A stretch of 64,000 nucleotides of DNA from Candidatus Omnitrophota bacterium (GTDB taxonomy: Bacteria; Omnitrophota; Omnitrophia; Omnitrophales; Aquincolibacteriaceae), in assembly GCA_022709525.1 (NCBI GenBank), contig JAKLIQ010000004.1, positions 9,260-73,259 of the forward strand. Direction: 5' to 3'. Below are positions 1 through 10,110 of this stretch, in pieces. The notes beneath the pieces were generated by a model that saw only the letters and a list, made by a program, of their open reading frames with translations, did not search any database and was not told the origin of the DNA. The position numbers and the translations under genes are program-made. The number at the start of each line of letters is the position of its first letter. The stretch's first letter is position 1.

Positions 1-3000
1 CTTATCGCGCGGCTTTCAAGAAGTACCCCGAAGACCTTGCGATCCTAGAGGCCTTTGCCGAGACCCTGAACTTAAGAAGCAAGCACCATGAAGCCATTGA
101 GATTTACGACCAAGGGCTTGCGATCGATGAGAAAAGATCAAGCTTCTGGAGCGGCCGGGCCTGGGCCTGGTATTGGCTCGATATTAAGACGAAGGCGGCG
201 CAGGATGTCAATCGCGCCCTTACGCTTGATCCCAAAAACGCATCGGCGCTTGAGCTGCAAAAGCAAATTCCTTTCTTTGATATCGAAAAGTATGAAAATC
301 CGCTAGCTGTGGCCGATGATTTTCTCGACAAGAACGATTATATGGTCGCTTTGCGGATGTATGAGGCGATCCTCCAAAAGGATCCGAAGAACCTCAAGGC
401 AAAGGCCAGAAAAGCGCTTGCCTACGCCCGAAGCCGCGATTATGAAGCGTCTCTGAGGCTTTATAATGAGCTATTGGCGGAAAGACCCGAAGACCTGGAC
501 CTGATAGCGCAAAAGGCGGATGTGATGCGCTGGCAAGGAAATCTGGAAGAAGCCGAAAAGTTTTATTGGCAGGCCTTTGACAAAAATCCCGAAAACGTTC
601 AGGTGGCGGAAGGCCTTGCGCAAACGCTGAATCTTCTTGGAAAATACGAATCGGCGCTCGAAGTTTGTAACAAAGGGATCACGGTGGATAAAAAGAACGT
701 CATATTTTGGCTAACCCGCGCTTGGGCGTGGTACTGGATGGGAGAAATTGAGCGATCAAGGCAAGATCTCAAAAAAGTGTTTCAGCTCGATGTTAACAAT
801 CGCTCGGCCTTTGAGCTGCAGGAAAAGATCCTGCGGGCTCGGACCGATTTTTTGATCACGAGCGCGGATAAGGATCTTTGGGCCAAGGAATTTGACGCGG
901 CGATCAAAAAATACGATGAAGCGTTGGTGCGCGACCCTGAGAATTTTCAGGCATTGAACCATAAAGGGCTGGCTTATTCTCGTTCCGGACGACAGGCGCA
1001 GGCGCTGGCTATTTTTGAGAAACTTCTTGAAGTCTATCCCGACAATCCCGAACTGCTTCTCAACAAAGCCAACGCCCAAAAATGGGGCGGGGACCCGCGG
1101 GCTGCCGAGATCACATATTGGAGCGCGCTTGAGAAGCGTCCGGCAAGCATCGAGGTTCGCGAAGAGTTGGCGGATGCGCTGAACCGGTTAGGAAAGCACA
1201 AGGAAGCCATTGAGCTCGCCAATGAGGGGATTGCGATCAATCCGCAAAGCGTCAAATTATGGCTGGTTCGCGCCTGGGCCTGGCGATGGCTGGGTCAGCC
1301 GGAGAAGGCGCTGGAAGACCTCGGCCAGGCCTTGCAGATTGACGCGGAAAACCGCTGGGCGCTTGAGCTTCAAAACCAGATCTTAAAGTCAGAATCGCGA
1401 TTTGTTACGGAAAAGGCGGATGAGCTTCTTTGGAAAGGAGAGTTTGCGGAGGCCATCAGGGCCTATGACGATATTCTTACGGGAGATCCAAAAAGTTTTG
1501 ACGCCCGGTCCCACAAGGCCCTCGCTCTTGCCCGTAGTAAAAACTACGTCCAAGCCATTGAGCTTTATGACGAGCTTTTGGGCGAGCGTTCCGATGATGT
1601 GGAAGTTCTTTTCAATAAAGCGGACGCCCTAAAATGGAAAAAAGATTTTCCAGGAGCCCAGTTGGCTTATCGCAAAGTCCTGGAAAAAGACCCCAAGAAT
1701 ATCAGGAGCTTCGTCGGGCTTGCCGATGTCCTGAATCGGCAAGGCGATCACACGCAAGCTGTCGAAGTCTGCGACCAGGGACTGCTCGTCGACGAAAATA
1801 ATCCGGAGCTTTGGGTGACGCGCGCTTGGGCGTGGACATGGTTGCAAGAGTACGACAAGGCCTTGCAGGATGTGGAGCAAGCATTGAAAACGGCCCCCGA
1901 TCTGATTGTGGCAAAAGAATTGCTGGAAAAGATCCCCCAGCTTAAAGCCGAACAATTGCTTTTTGAAGCTGACCAGGCGCTTTGGGCCGAGGATTTTGCA
2001 AAAGCTCTCACAAAATATGAAGAAATTTTACAAACCGATCCCGGCAACATCAGGGCCCAGTCCCGAAAAGCGTTGGCTTATGCCCGGAGCGGCGACCATG
2101 ACAAAGCGATCGCGATCTATGAAGATCTTCTTATGAGCTACAACGGAGATACGACATTGCTTCCGGGATTGTTGTTGGATTACGGGAACACATTGAAATG
2201 GAAGGGCGAGCTGGCCAAAGCGGAAACCGCTTACAAAAACGGAATCACTCGGTTTCCAAACGATCTGCCGCTCATCGAGGGCTTGGCAGAGACTTTGAAT
2301 CTTGAGGGGAAGCACAAGGAAGCGATCGAACTTTATGACCGGGCCATTGCCATACGGTCCGATCAGGTCAGTTTTTGGGTGGGTAAGGCCTGGGCTTTGA
2401 GATGGCTTGAAGATTTCGAATCATCCAGGGAAGTTCTCCGCAAAGCCCTTGAGATCGATCCCGAAAATGTTTCCGCAAAACAGCTTAAGGATCAACTTGA
2501 GATCGCCGAAGCGGACTCGGTTCTTTGGAAAGGGGATTATGTTCGCGCGATCGCTTTGTATGGCGATATCTTGGAAAAAAATCCGGGGAATTTTATCGCT
2601 CAATCGCACCAGGCGCTTGGCTACTCATGGTCGGGTCAATATAAAAAAGCCCTGAAAATTTATGAGCATCTTCTTAAGGAACATCCCGACGACCCCGATC
2701 TATTGCTGAATCGCGCCAAAACCGAGAGCTGGCGCGGTCGCTTTATAACGGCTGAAAAAAAATATAAACAAGCGCTGAAGCTTTACCCGCTGAATGTTGA
2801 CCTCCTCTGCGGGTTAGCCGAAACCCAAAGCTGGCAGGGAAAAAATCAAAAAGCGGCCAAAACCTATGGGCAGGCGCTCAAGGTCAACGAACAGGATCCC
2901 CGGCTTTGGGCGGGCCGCGGGTGGGAGCAGTATTGGCTCGGCATGTTTAAGCGGGCCGAAAGAGACCTTGATCGCGCGCTGCAGGTCAACGAAAAGAGCT

Positions 3001-3959
3001 CTGCCGCGCTCGCCTTGCAAAAGAAATTAGATGCGACGATCGGGCCGTATGTTGCTTACGATTTTTCCTATTTCACGGATTCCAATAATCTGAAGACTTA
3101 TTACGACGAAGTCCGTACAGGATGGAATTTTTCGTCCTCGACAGACCTGTCCTTCTCGTATCGCAACCGGATCTTTCGCCAGCGAGGCGTTGAAAGAACA
3201 ACTGCGAATGGCGCCGGCATCTATTTGACCCAACGCCTTCACCCCATCTTGCAGGTGAACAGCCAGGTCTTTTTAGACCATTACAGCCATGATTGCCCGA
3301 CCGAATCCTTCACGACGAATAACTGGATCACGCTGACTCCCGTCGATTTCTTCCGTTTGGATCTCGGCTATGAGCGCAATACCTTCGATACGCTTGAAAG
3401 CTTAAGAAATAATGTGATGCGGAATATTTACAAGGTCGGCATGGATATCCGGCCCTGGCATTTCCTGACCTGGCGCGGCAGTTATAATTTTGAAGCGCTG
3501 AACGACAGCAACCGCCGGAATGTGCTTTTTTCGCAGCTTGAGTGGAAAGCGCTGAGCCGGAGACCACGCTTGTGGCTGGATTACCATACCTATTATTTTA
3601 AATATAGCGAGGAAAAGCCGGGAAGCTGGACGCAGGAGGGGAGCAATTGGCAGTGGAATTCAGAGGGTTATTGGAACCCCAGCTCTTTCTTAAGCCAGGG
3701 CCCGGGGCTCAAGCTCGAAGTGCCTCTGGATAGAAAAGAACGCCTCGTGCCTTTTATGTATACGGCGCTGAATTATGAGATCGAAAATCCCGGCGAGCAT
3801 AAATTCGGATGGATGATCAATGGCGGCTTGGACGTGAAGATTTCTGAAAAATGCACCCTGCGGTTCAGCTATAATTACCTTGATTCGCGCGTCGGCTACG
3901 ATAACGATAACGCCTACGACTCGCAGCGGTTCAGCGTGTCTTTGAAAAATAATTTTTAG
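1..3959 (+). CDS. TPR-repeat protein with C-terminal beta-barrel-like domain (PgaA/BcsC-like outer-membrane export porin). It is 5'-partial: the frame is open from nt 3 at the window edge.
   Basis: More than 20 TPR-like repeats with recurring AWAWxWLG motifs. The last ~300 aa are rich in alternating aromatic residues (YDFSYF...FSVSLKNNF), as in OM beta-barrels. The frame in phase with ATG 309 is open back to position 3, so the Met at 309 is internal. Confidence 0.7.
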   Translation, partial: YRAAFKKYPEDLAILEAFAETLNLRSKHHEAIEIYDQGLAIDEKRSSFWSGRAWAWYWLDIKTKAAQDVNRALTLDPKNASALELQKQIPFFDIEKYENPLAVADDFLDKNDYMVALRMYEAILQKDPKNLKAKARKALAYARSRDYEASLRLYNELLAERPEDLDLIAQKADVMRWQGNLEEAEKFYWQAFDKNPENVQVAEGLAQTLNLLGKYESALEVCNKGITVDKKNVIFWLTRAWAWYWMGEIERSRQDLKKVFQLDVNNRSAFELQEKILRARTDFLITSADKDLWAKEFDAAIKKYDEALVRDPENFQALNHKGLAYSRSGRQAQALAIFEKLLEVYPDNPELLLNKANAQKWGGDPRAAEITYWSALEKRPASIEVREELADALNRLGKHKEAIELANEGIAINPQSVKLWLVRAWAWRWLGQPEKALEDLGQALQIDAENRWALELQNQILKSESRFVTEKADELLWKGEFAEAIRAYDDILTGDPKSFDARSHKALALARSKNYVQAIELYDELLGERSDDVEVLFNKADALKWKKDFPGAQLAYRKVLEKDPKNIRSFVGLADVLNRQGDHTQAVEVCDQGLLVDENNPELWVTRAWAWTWLQEYDKALQDVEQALKTAPDLIVAKELLEKIPQLKAEQLLFEADQALWAEDFAKALTKYEEILQTDPGNIRAQSRKALAYARSGDHDKAIAIYEDLLMSYNGDTTLLPGLLLDYGNTLKWKGELAKAETAYKNGITRFPNDLPLIEGLAETLNLEGKHKEAIELYDRAIAIRSDQVSFWVGKAWALRWLEDFESSREVLRKALEIDPENVSAKQLKDQLEIAEADSVLWKGDYVRAIALYGDILEKNPGNFIAQSHQALGYSWSGQYKKALKIYEHLLKEHPDDPDLLLNRAKTESWRGRFITAEKKYKQALKLYPLNVDLLCGLAETQSWQGKNQKAAKTYGQALKVNEQDPRLWAGRGWEQYWLGMFKRAERDLDRALQVNEKSSAALALQKKLDATIGPYVAYDFSYFTDSNNLKTYYDEVRTGWNFSSSTDLSFSYRNRIFRQRGVERTTANGAGIYLTQRLHPILQVNSQVFLDHYSHDCPTESFTTNNWITLTPVDFFRLDLGYERNTFDTLESLRNNVMRNIYKVGMDIRPWHFLTWRGSYNFEALNDSNRRNVLFSQLEWKALSRRPRLWLDYHTYYFKYSEEKPGSWTQEGSNWQWNSEGYWNPSSFLSQGPGLKLEVPLDRKERLVPFMYTALNYEIENPGEHKFGWMINGGLDVKISEKCTLRFSYNYLDSRVGYDNDNAYDSQRFSVSLKNNF

Positions 3960-3973
3960 ATCGGAGAAAATAT

Positions 3974-4132
3974 ATGAAAAACCTGGTTTTCTTTACGATG
4001 TTGCTTGCCGTTGTGTTTGCGGGGTGCTCAAGCGCAAGAGAAGCAGTTCCGTCGTCGGCCGACGCGCCTCTTGGCCGGAATCCCGGATTTACCGGGGATT
4101 ATCAAGTTTTACGTGACATGGACAGCCGTTAG
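3974..4132 (+). CDS. Small lipoprotein (52 aa), not in the ORF track
   Basis: RBS GGAGAAAAT precedes the ATG. The signal peptide MKNLVFFTMLLAVVFAGC carries a lipobox FAGC. Confidence 0.45.
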   Translation: MKNLVFFTMLLAVVFAGCSSAREAVPSSADAPLGRNPGFTGDYQVLRDMDSR

Positions 4133-4169
4133 CTTTTTGTTTTAAAACATCCAGCGGAGCCAGATTCTT

Positions 4170-5516
4170 ATGGTGAAAACATTACGGGGTTATTTACGCA
4201 AGGCGATGTTTGTCTTCGCGCTTATTTTTGTGGCCATGTTCAGTATCATCAATCTCAAAGGCCAGATGGACCTGATCGATAAGCTTTATTTATACAAAGC
4301 CAATATGGGCGCATTTGCGGTGAGGCAGTCGCTTGTTTCGAGACTTGCTCAATTGGACACCTCGTCCGCGGAAGGATTGCAACAAACCTTTCAGGCGGTT
4401 CTCAAGCCGCTTTTCGATGTGGATATAGTTCAGCACGCCGCGCTTTTTTCAGCCGATGAAAAACTTAGAGCGACCGTCGGACCTCTGGAAGGCGATCTTT
4501 TTTTTGAAAAACCCTTGAGTGTTCTCGGTAAAGCGACAGCGGTTTCCTCCGAAAAAAAACCGTTCGTGACTTTTGTCGACCGGAAGCATCGCTCGATCGA
4601 GATCATGATGAAATTGGCCGGCAAAGAGGTTTATTATGTTGTTCTTCACTACCCGCTTGGAACTTTTCAAGAGGTTTGGGAGCATGTGCGGTGGCTTTTC
4701 ATCCTTACGATCGCCCTGGTCCTGATCGGCGTCTTGATCCTCGGGTCTTTTCTTTATGGCGGGATGATCGCGCCGATCAAGAAATTCAACTATATGGCGC
4801 GGCAGGTTGCGGCGGGGAATCTGGACATGAAGATTGAAGTGGATATGAAAGATGAACTGGGGCAGCTGGGCGATACCTTCAACCAGATGACGAGCCAGCT
4901 TGCGGAGATGAAGAGACGCGCCGAAGATGTGAACCCGCTTACCAAATTGCCGGGCAATATCGTCATCATGCAGGAGGTCGAGCAGCGTCTGCGGCATAAC
5001 GCGGTTTTTACGATCATTTACTGCGACCTGAATTATTTTAAGGCCTTTAACGACAAATACGGGGTGCATGACGGGGACCGGGTGATCAAGATGACGGCGG
5101 ACGTGCTTCAGGAAGCCGTGATGACGGAGGGGAATCCGGAAGATCTGGTCGGACATGAAGGCGGGGATGACTTTATTCTCGTGACAACGCCGGACAAGGC
5201 CGATGCGATCGCAAAAAAGATCATCAAGCTTTTCGACGCCAGGATCAAATCTTTTTTTGTGCCGGGCGATCTCCAGCAAGGATCGTTCACGGCGACGGGG
5301 AGGGACGGCCAGATCCACCAGTTCCCGATCACGGGGATCTCCTTAGCGGGGGTTTCCAATCAGCAGCGCAAGATCCAAAGTTATGCCGAGGCGACCAATA
5401 TCTGCGCCGAAGTGAAGAAGAAGGCAAAATCTTTCACGTCGAGCGCCTGGTGGCTGGATAAGCGGACGGAACGTCCTAATCGCGCTGGAAGCGAAGCAGG
5501 TCCTGCAACGAAATAA
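4170..5516 (+). CDS. Membrane HAMP-GGDEF domain protein with a variant active-site motif GGDDF
   Basis: N-terminal TM segment, internal TM plus HAMP-like linker, and a GGDEF fold (IYCDLNYFKAFNDKYGVHDGDRV ... GHEGGDDFILV). Confidence 0.8.
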   Translation: MVKTLRGYLRKAMFVFALIFVAMFSIINLKGQMDLIDKLYLYKANMGAFAVRQSLVSRLAQLDTSSAEGLQQTFQAVLKPLFDVDIVQHAALFSADEKLRATVGPLEGDLFFEKPLSVLGKATAVSSEKKPFVTFVDRKHRSIEIMMKLAGKEVYYVVLHYPLGTFQEVWEHVRWLFILTIALVLIGVLILGSFLYGGMIAPIKKFNYMARQVAAGNLDMKIEVDMKDELGQLGDTFNQMTSQLAEMKRRAEDVNPLTKLPGNIVIMQEVEQRLRHNAVFTIIYCDLNYFKAFNDKYGVHDGDRVIKMTADVLQEAVMTEGNPEDLVGHEGGDDFILVTTPDKADAIAKKIIKLFDARIKSFFVPGDLQQGSFTATGRDGQIHQFPITGISLAGVSNQQRKIQSYAEATNICAEVKKKAKSFTSSAWWLDKRTERPNRAGSEAGPATK

Positions 5517-6300
5517 CCTGGAATCCTTCCTTTTCAAGCTTCGGGATCTCGTCCTTAAGGACTTCCAGGGTGTTTTTCCGGTAGTGTCCGATCCCGATCG
5601 CGTTTCCTTTTTCCCGCGCGAGGGCTTTGAGCTTCCGGACCTCTTCGCGAACCGCAGCCTTCGTATTCAGGTTATCCAAAAAAACGCCGCGCGTAAGAAT
5701 GGGAAGGCCGACTGCGCGGCCCACTTCCGCGACCGTGGAATCCTTGGTCGTGTAGCTGTCCAGAAAGAACAGCTTCCGCCGTTTTAATTCCGTGAGGATC
5801 ACCGTCATCATCTCCCGGTCCGCCGTTCCCCGGGAGCCCATGTGATTATTGACCCCGACATGATGGGGAACGGAAGCAAGATCCCGGTCCAACATATCCA
5901 GGATATCGGCCCGGCTCATGGTGCTAACGATCAGTCCCCGGCCGGGGATCTTATCCTGGACCGTGTCAAGCGGAAGGTGGAGGATGACCTCCGCTCCCGT
6001 TTTTTGGCCCAACTCACTGAAATAACGCGAATAGGGAAGGAGCGGAAGGATCGCGTAAGTGACATGATCCCCCAGGGCTTGGAGCGGCTCCTTGTAGCGG
6101 TCATGATTTCCAATATCATCGATCACGAAGACGATCTTAGGGTGTCGTGTGAACCGCTGGGCAACGCTTTTGAGGGGGCCGACGGGACGAGCGAACATCC
6201 AGAAGATGGCGCACGCGCAAAGCGCCGTCACGGAAAAAACGAGCGCTTTTTCCTTTTGTTTTTTGGTGAGCTTGAATTTGAATGGTTTTCTGTAAGCCAT
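5476..6300 (-). CDS. Divergent polysaccharide deacetylase (YibQ-like). The longest ORF extends to 6405; the ATG at 6300 with a GGGG RBS is the more likely start.
   Basis: VFVIDDIGNH ... NNHMGSRGTADREMM ... LFFLDSYTT motifs of the YibQ/DUF610 family, with an N-terminal TM. The 3' end overlaps the convergent GGDEF gene by about 40 nt. Confidence 0.7.
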   Translation of the reverse strand: MAYRKPFKFKLTKKQKEKALVFSVTALCACAIFWMFARPVGPLKSVAQRFTRHPKIVFVIDDIGNHDRYKEPLQALGDHVTYAILPLLPYSRYFSELGQKTGAEVILHLPLDTVQDKIPGRGLIVSTMSRADILDMLDRDLASVPHHVGVNNHMGSRGTADREMMTVILTELKRRKLFFLDSYTTKDSTVAEVGRAVGLPILTRGVFLDNLNTKAAVREEVRKLKALAREKGNAIGIGHYRKNTLEVLKDEIPKLEKEGFQVISLQDLLRFQRD

Positions 6301-6419
6301 AAAGCCCCTTTTATACCACAAAAACGGCAAAATGCATGCGAGATTAAGGCGAAACCGCGCATTCGCTCCTTGAAAGTCGCGGCTTGGCTTGATAGGATAG
6401 CTCACTTTGAGGGTCTTTT

Positions 6420-6974
6420 ATGAGTACGAAAGCGGCATCGATTCAAGGTTGTATCGACGGTCTGGTCAGGCTTCTTGTTGATCCGGAAGGGGACCGACGG
6501 GTCTTTCTTGAGCTTTGCCGCCGGGATCCCAAACTTGCAAAAGATAAACCCGAGGTTTTTTATACCGAGTATAAGCCCTCGAAGCTGGCGCTTGGCTGTG
6601 TCTACTGGGTAGGGTGCTGCGCAAATCACCGGATCGACCATAAAGAGTTCAAAAACCTCTATTTCAAGAACGTGATGCAGTTATTCCAGACACCCGATTC
6701 GCTCGCGCAGGCCACGCGGTTCAGCGAGGGTCTTTACGCTTCGAACGCCGACACGGAACAATCGCCGGTGCTTGGCGTGTTGGTGTATTTATTCCACAAA
6801 CTGGGGCTTCAGCCCACGAACGATGCCTCACCGGGAGGCGGGGAAGTAAGCGCGGGTTTTCACTTTATGATGGAGGTGGCCGAAGCGCTCAAGGTCGCCT
6901 TTGAAGCGCAATTTGACGATTTTTTTTACGCGCATAAAGATTTGTGCACCGCGGGTGCCGGAAAGAAAGGGTGA
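6420..6974 (+). CDS. Hypothetical protein (184 aa)
   Basis: Long ORF in gene-dense context with no recognisable motifs. Confidence 0.4.
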   Translation: MSTKAASIQGCIDGLVRLLVDPEGDRRVFLELCRRDPKLAKDKPEVFYTEYKPSKLALGCVYWVGCCANHRIDHKEFKNLYFKNVMQLFQTPDSLAQATRFSEGLYASNADTEQSPVLGVLVYLFHKLGLQPTNDASPGGGEVSAGFHFMMEVAEALKVAFEAQFDDFFYAHKDLCTAGAGKKG

Positions 6975-6975
6975 T

Positions 6976-7521
6976 ATGACCTCGAAGATGCATCGCAACA
7001 ACATGGTCTGGATCGATATGGAAATGACGGGCCTTGATCCGGAAAAAGACAGGATCCTCGAGATCGCCACGATCATCACCGACGGCGACCTGAATATTCT
7101 GGCCGAGGGGCCGGACCTTGTGATCCACCAGCCCGCCGCTATCCTGAAAGGGATGGACGAATGGAACCAAAAGCATCACGCCAAATCCGGCCTGATCGAT
7201 GCCGTTAAGGAATCCGCGATGACCGTCAAAAAAGCCGAACATTTGACGCTGGAGGTGATCCAGGAATATTGCAAGCCGAAGAAAGCCCCTCTTTGCGGCA
7301 ACACGGTTCACCACGACCGCAGGTTCCTTGTCAACTATATGCCCAAGATCGACGCTTACCTGCATTATCGCCACGTCGACGTCAGTTCGCTCAAGTCGCT
7401 CATTGCCCGCTGGTATCCGAAGGATAAAGAGCCGCCCAAAGCGAAATCGCACCGGGCGCTTTCCGATATCCATGAATCCATCGCCGAGCTCAAGTTTTAC
7501 AGAGAGCGTTACTTTAAATGA
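6976..7521 (+). CDS. orn: Oligoribonuclease
   Basis: MVWIDMEMTGLDPEKDRILEIATIITD ... HYRHVDVSS ... HRALSDI are DEDDh exonuclease motifs. Start ATG 6976 lies just after the upstream stop and an RBS AAAGGGTGA. Confidence 0.9.
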   Translation: MTSKMHRNNMVWIDMEMTGLDPEKDRILEIATIITDGDLNILAEGPDLVIHQPAAILKGMDEWNQKHHAKSGLIDAVKESAMTVKKAEHLTLEVIQEYCKPKKAPLCGNTVHHDRRFLVNYMPKIDAYLHYRHVDVSSLKSLIARWYPKDKEPPKAKSHRALSDIHESIAELKFYRERYFK

Positions 7522-7579
7522 GCCTTCCCGTCGAGACTGATTTTCATCCATCTCAGATAACCGAACAAAGGAGAAAGCC

Positions 7580-7942
7580 ATGAAAGATTACATCATCGCC
7601 GCAGCTTTTACCCTCGCCATCATTGTTTCCGCCGCGCTTGTCAAATCGGGCCTCCAGCATTCCAGCCAAGCGCCGTCCTCGAAAATTTATTCTCTTTACG
7701 GGTATGAGGGGGTTTTGTACCGGCTCAATAAGCAGAATGGCCGCATCGATGTGCTGGTGCCGAGCAATGAAGCGGCGCTTCTGTTCCCGGTCGGCCAGAT
7801 CCAGCTTCCCGGCGCAAATGAGAAATTGACCGACGAACAGAAAACGAGCTTCTCGCAGAACATCAAGACGCTTTCGCAATATATCCAGATGGAGCGTTCC
7901 CGTTCCCTGGGAAAAGAGGAGAGTCTCTCGGAGCAAAAATGA
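7580..7942 (+). CDS. Small secreted hypothetical protein
   Basis: RBS AAGGAGAAAG. Signal peptide MKDYIIAAAFTLAIIVSAALVKSG. Confidence 0.5.
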   Translation: MKDYIIAAAFTLAIIVSAALVKSGLQHSSQAPSSKIYSLYGYEGVLYRLNKQNGRIDVLVPSNEAALLFPVGQIQLPGANEKLTDEQKTSFSQNIKTLSQYIQMERSRSLGKEESLSEQK

Positions 7943-7980
7943 TCCGGCGCCGGTGATCTTTTAACCGGATCGTATTTCCG

Positions 7981-8871
7981 ATGACCCGTATGAAAAAGCG
8001 AGCGGCCCAGAACATTATCGCGATCGTCTATGATTTTGACGGGACGCTTTCTCCGGGCAACATGCAGGAAGAGACGATCTTCCGCGCTTATGGGATCGAT
8101 AAGAAAAAATTCTGGGCCAAATCGCGGGCGCTTGTCGACCGGCGCGGTTATGAGAAAACACTCGCGTACCTGAAGCTCCTGATCGACGATCCCGTTTTCA
8201 AGCGCCATCCTCTCACAAAGCAGAAGCTCAGGGAATTCGCCGTTCATACGCCGTATTATCCGGGCGTGGGCAGCGGATACTTTGACCAGTTGCGCGCGTT
8301 CATGCGCTCTCTTCCGGAAGTTGCCGAGGCGGGGATCACGCTTGAGCACTATATTATCTCAAGCGGGCTTGAGGAGATCCTCGAGCATGTGAGCATCCGA
8401 AAATATTTCAAAAAGATCTACGCGTGCGCTTATGATTTTCAGCGCGGCCGTCCGGTATTTCCCAAGCTCGTCATCAACGATACCAATAAGACCCAATTCC
8501 TCTTTCGCATCAACAAAGGGAAATTCAAGTTAAGCGAGAGCATCAATCAGCACATGCCGGAAGAGGAGCGGCGCATCCCTTTCCGGAACATGATCTACAT
8601 CGGGGACGGGATCACGGATGTGCCGTCGATGACGGTCATGCAGAAGGCAGGCGGGAATTCGATCGCCGTCTATGATCCCGCTAGGCGCGTGCCTCGCGAA
8701 GTCAAAGTCATGGTGGCGGAGCGTCGCGCGCAACATTTCGCTCCCGCCGATTTCAGGCCTCAATCACTTCTGATCAAGATCCTTCATCAAACCCTGAAGA
8801 AGATCATTGCCTCGATCGTTTACCGCTCATCCGCCGAACGCTCTTCGGATTGGGTGCGGCGGCATATGTAG
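7981..8871 (+). CDS. HAD-superfamily hydrolase
   Basis: Motif I VYDFDGTL and C-terminal motif IYIGDGITDVPSM. Confidence 0.7.
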   Translation: MTRMKKRAAQNIIAIVYDFDGTLSPGNMQEETIFRAYGIDKKKFWAKSRALVDRRGYEKTLAYLKLLIDDPVFKRHPLTKQKLREFAVHTPYYPGVGSGYFDQLRAFMRSLPEVAEAGITLEHYIISSGLEEILEHVSIRKYFKKIYACAYDFQRGRPVFPKLVINDTNKTQFLFRINKGKFKLSESINQHMPEEERRIPFRNMIYIGDGITDVPSMTVMQKAGGNSIAVYDPARRVPREVKVMVAERRAQHFAPADFRPQSLLIKILHQTLKKIIASIVYRSSAERSSDWVRRHM

Positions 8872-8891
8872 CCCGGGCGGGATCCTCTTGC

Positions 8892-9866
8892 CTAATTTCC
8901 GAAATCTTTTATCAGGGAGACCAATTCGTCCAGCGCGGTTGCGCGGTTGATCTTATCGCGGAACTGGGCAACGTTCGGGAAGCCTTTGAAATACCAAGTC
9001 GCGATCCGCCGGGCGCAGAGAACGCCCATCTTCTTTCCTTCATGTTTGATTTCAAGACGGATATGGTCGAGCGCGGCGGATTTTTTTTCCTTAAAGGATG
9101 GCTCCTCCGGAGCGCGTCCCTCAAAAATGGCGCGGATCCCGTCATAAAGCCAGGGATTCCCAAGCGCGCCGCGGCCGATCGCGACCCCGTCGCAGCCCGT
9201 GAGCTCCATCATGCGCTTGGCGTCTTCGGGACGAAAGACATCGCCATTCCCAAACACAGGGATCGATACGGCTTTTTTGACGCGTCCGATCACATCCCAA
9301 TTTGCTTTTCCGGTGTAGCCTTGGGCCCGCGTCCGGCCGTGGACCGTGACGGCGGCAAGCCCCTCAGCTTCGGCGAGGCGGGCCAGCGCGACGGCTTCTT
9401 GGCCCGTAGGGTCCGTAAAACCGGCGCGGGTCTTTACGGTCACGGGAATCTTTTTGATATTCGTCATCACGGCATTCAGGATCTTTTGGGCAAGGTCGGG
9501 GCGCCGCAATAGCGCCGCGCCGCCGCCCGGAGTTGTTACTTTTCGCACAGGACAGCCGAAATTAAGGTCCAGGATCTCGAAGCCGGCCTTTTCGATCATG
9601 GCCGCCGCTTTTCCCATAGAGGCGGGATTATGCCCGACCAGTTGGGCGCCGAGCGGTTGATCTCCCGGGACGCGGCGAAGCAGCGGGAGCGTGCGCCGAT
9701 TTTCCCTGGCAAGCGCCTCCGCGGAGATCATTTCGGTGAAGGCAAGTTCGAGGCCGAATTTTCGGGCGATGAGGCGGAAGGCGATATCGGTGCAGTCCGC
9801 CATCGGGGACTGGAAGACGGGGGTTTTTAACGAGAGTTTTCCGATTTTTATCATGGTCGATCGCAA
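8892..9866 (-). CDS. dusB: tRNA-dihydrouridine synthase
   Basis: SPMADCTDIAFR ... LDLNFGCP ... KTRAG are typical DusB/FMN TIM-barrel motifs. Confidence 0.9.
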   Translation of the reverse strand: MRSTMIKIGKLSLKTPVFQSPMADCTDIAFRLIARKFGLELAFTEMISAEALARENRRTLPLLRRVPGDQPLGAQLVGHNPASMGKAAAMIEKAGFEILDLNFGCPVRKVTTPGGGAALLRRPDLAQKILNAVMTNIKKIPVTVKTRAGFTDPTGQEAVALARLAEAEGLAAVTVHGRTRAQGYTGKANWDVIGRVKKAVSIPVFGNGDVFRPEDAKRMMELTGCDGVAIGRGALGNPWLYDGIRAIFEGRAPEEPSFKEKKSAALDHIRLEIKHEGKKMGVLCARRIATWYFKGFPNVAQFRDKINRATALDELVSLIKDFGN

Positions 9867-10110
9867 ACGGCCGCTTGAAATAAAATGGATACGGCACTAG
9901 CACTGTGTCAGATTTAAATTTAAGGGTTCACAGTACCGTACCGTGTACCCCTAAAATTAATATGATACGGCACTAGAAAAATTTTGAAGGCGGGGTATAA
10001 TACCCGAAATCGGTTTGGCCCGCCCGAACTTTTTCATGTTCCGCCGGAAGCGGTTCGGGTCATTTTCAAAAGCAGGACTGAAATATTCATTCAAAAGGAA
10101 AGGCGACGCT

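Noticed and set aside
88-331. Short ORFs 88-306 (+) and 104-331 (-) at the window start
   Set aside because: They lie inside the upstream continuation of the TPR gene, whose frame is open from nt 3, so they are out-of-frame and antisense shadow ORFs.
4449-5318. 289-aa minus-strand ORF antisense to the GGDEF gene
   Set aside because: It has no motifs, and the sense strand carries a clear HAMP-GGDEF domain. It is a typical GC-rich shadow ORF.
6889-7581. 230-aa minus-strand ORF antisense to orn
   Set aside because: The sense strand encodes an unambiguous oligoribonuclease.
8850-9512. 220-aa plus-strand ORF opposite dusB
   Set aside because: dusB is highly conserved on the minus strand, so this is a shadow ORF.
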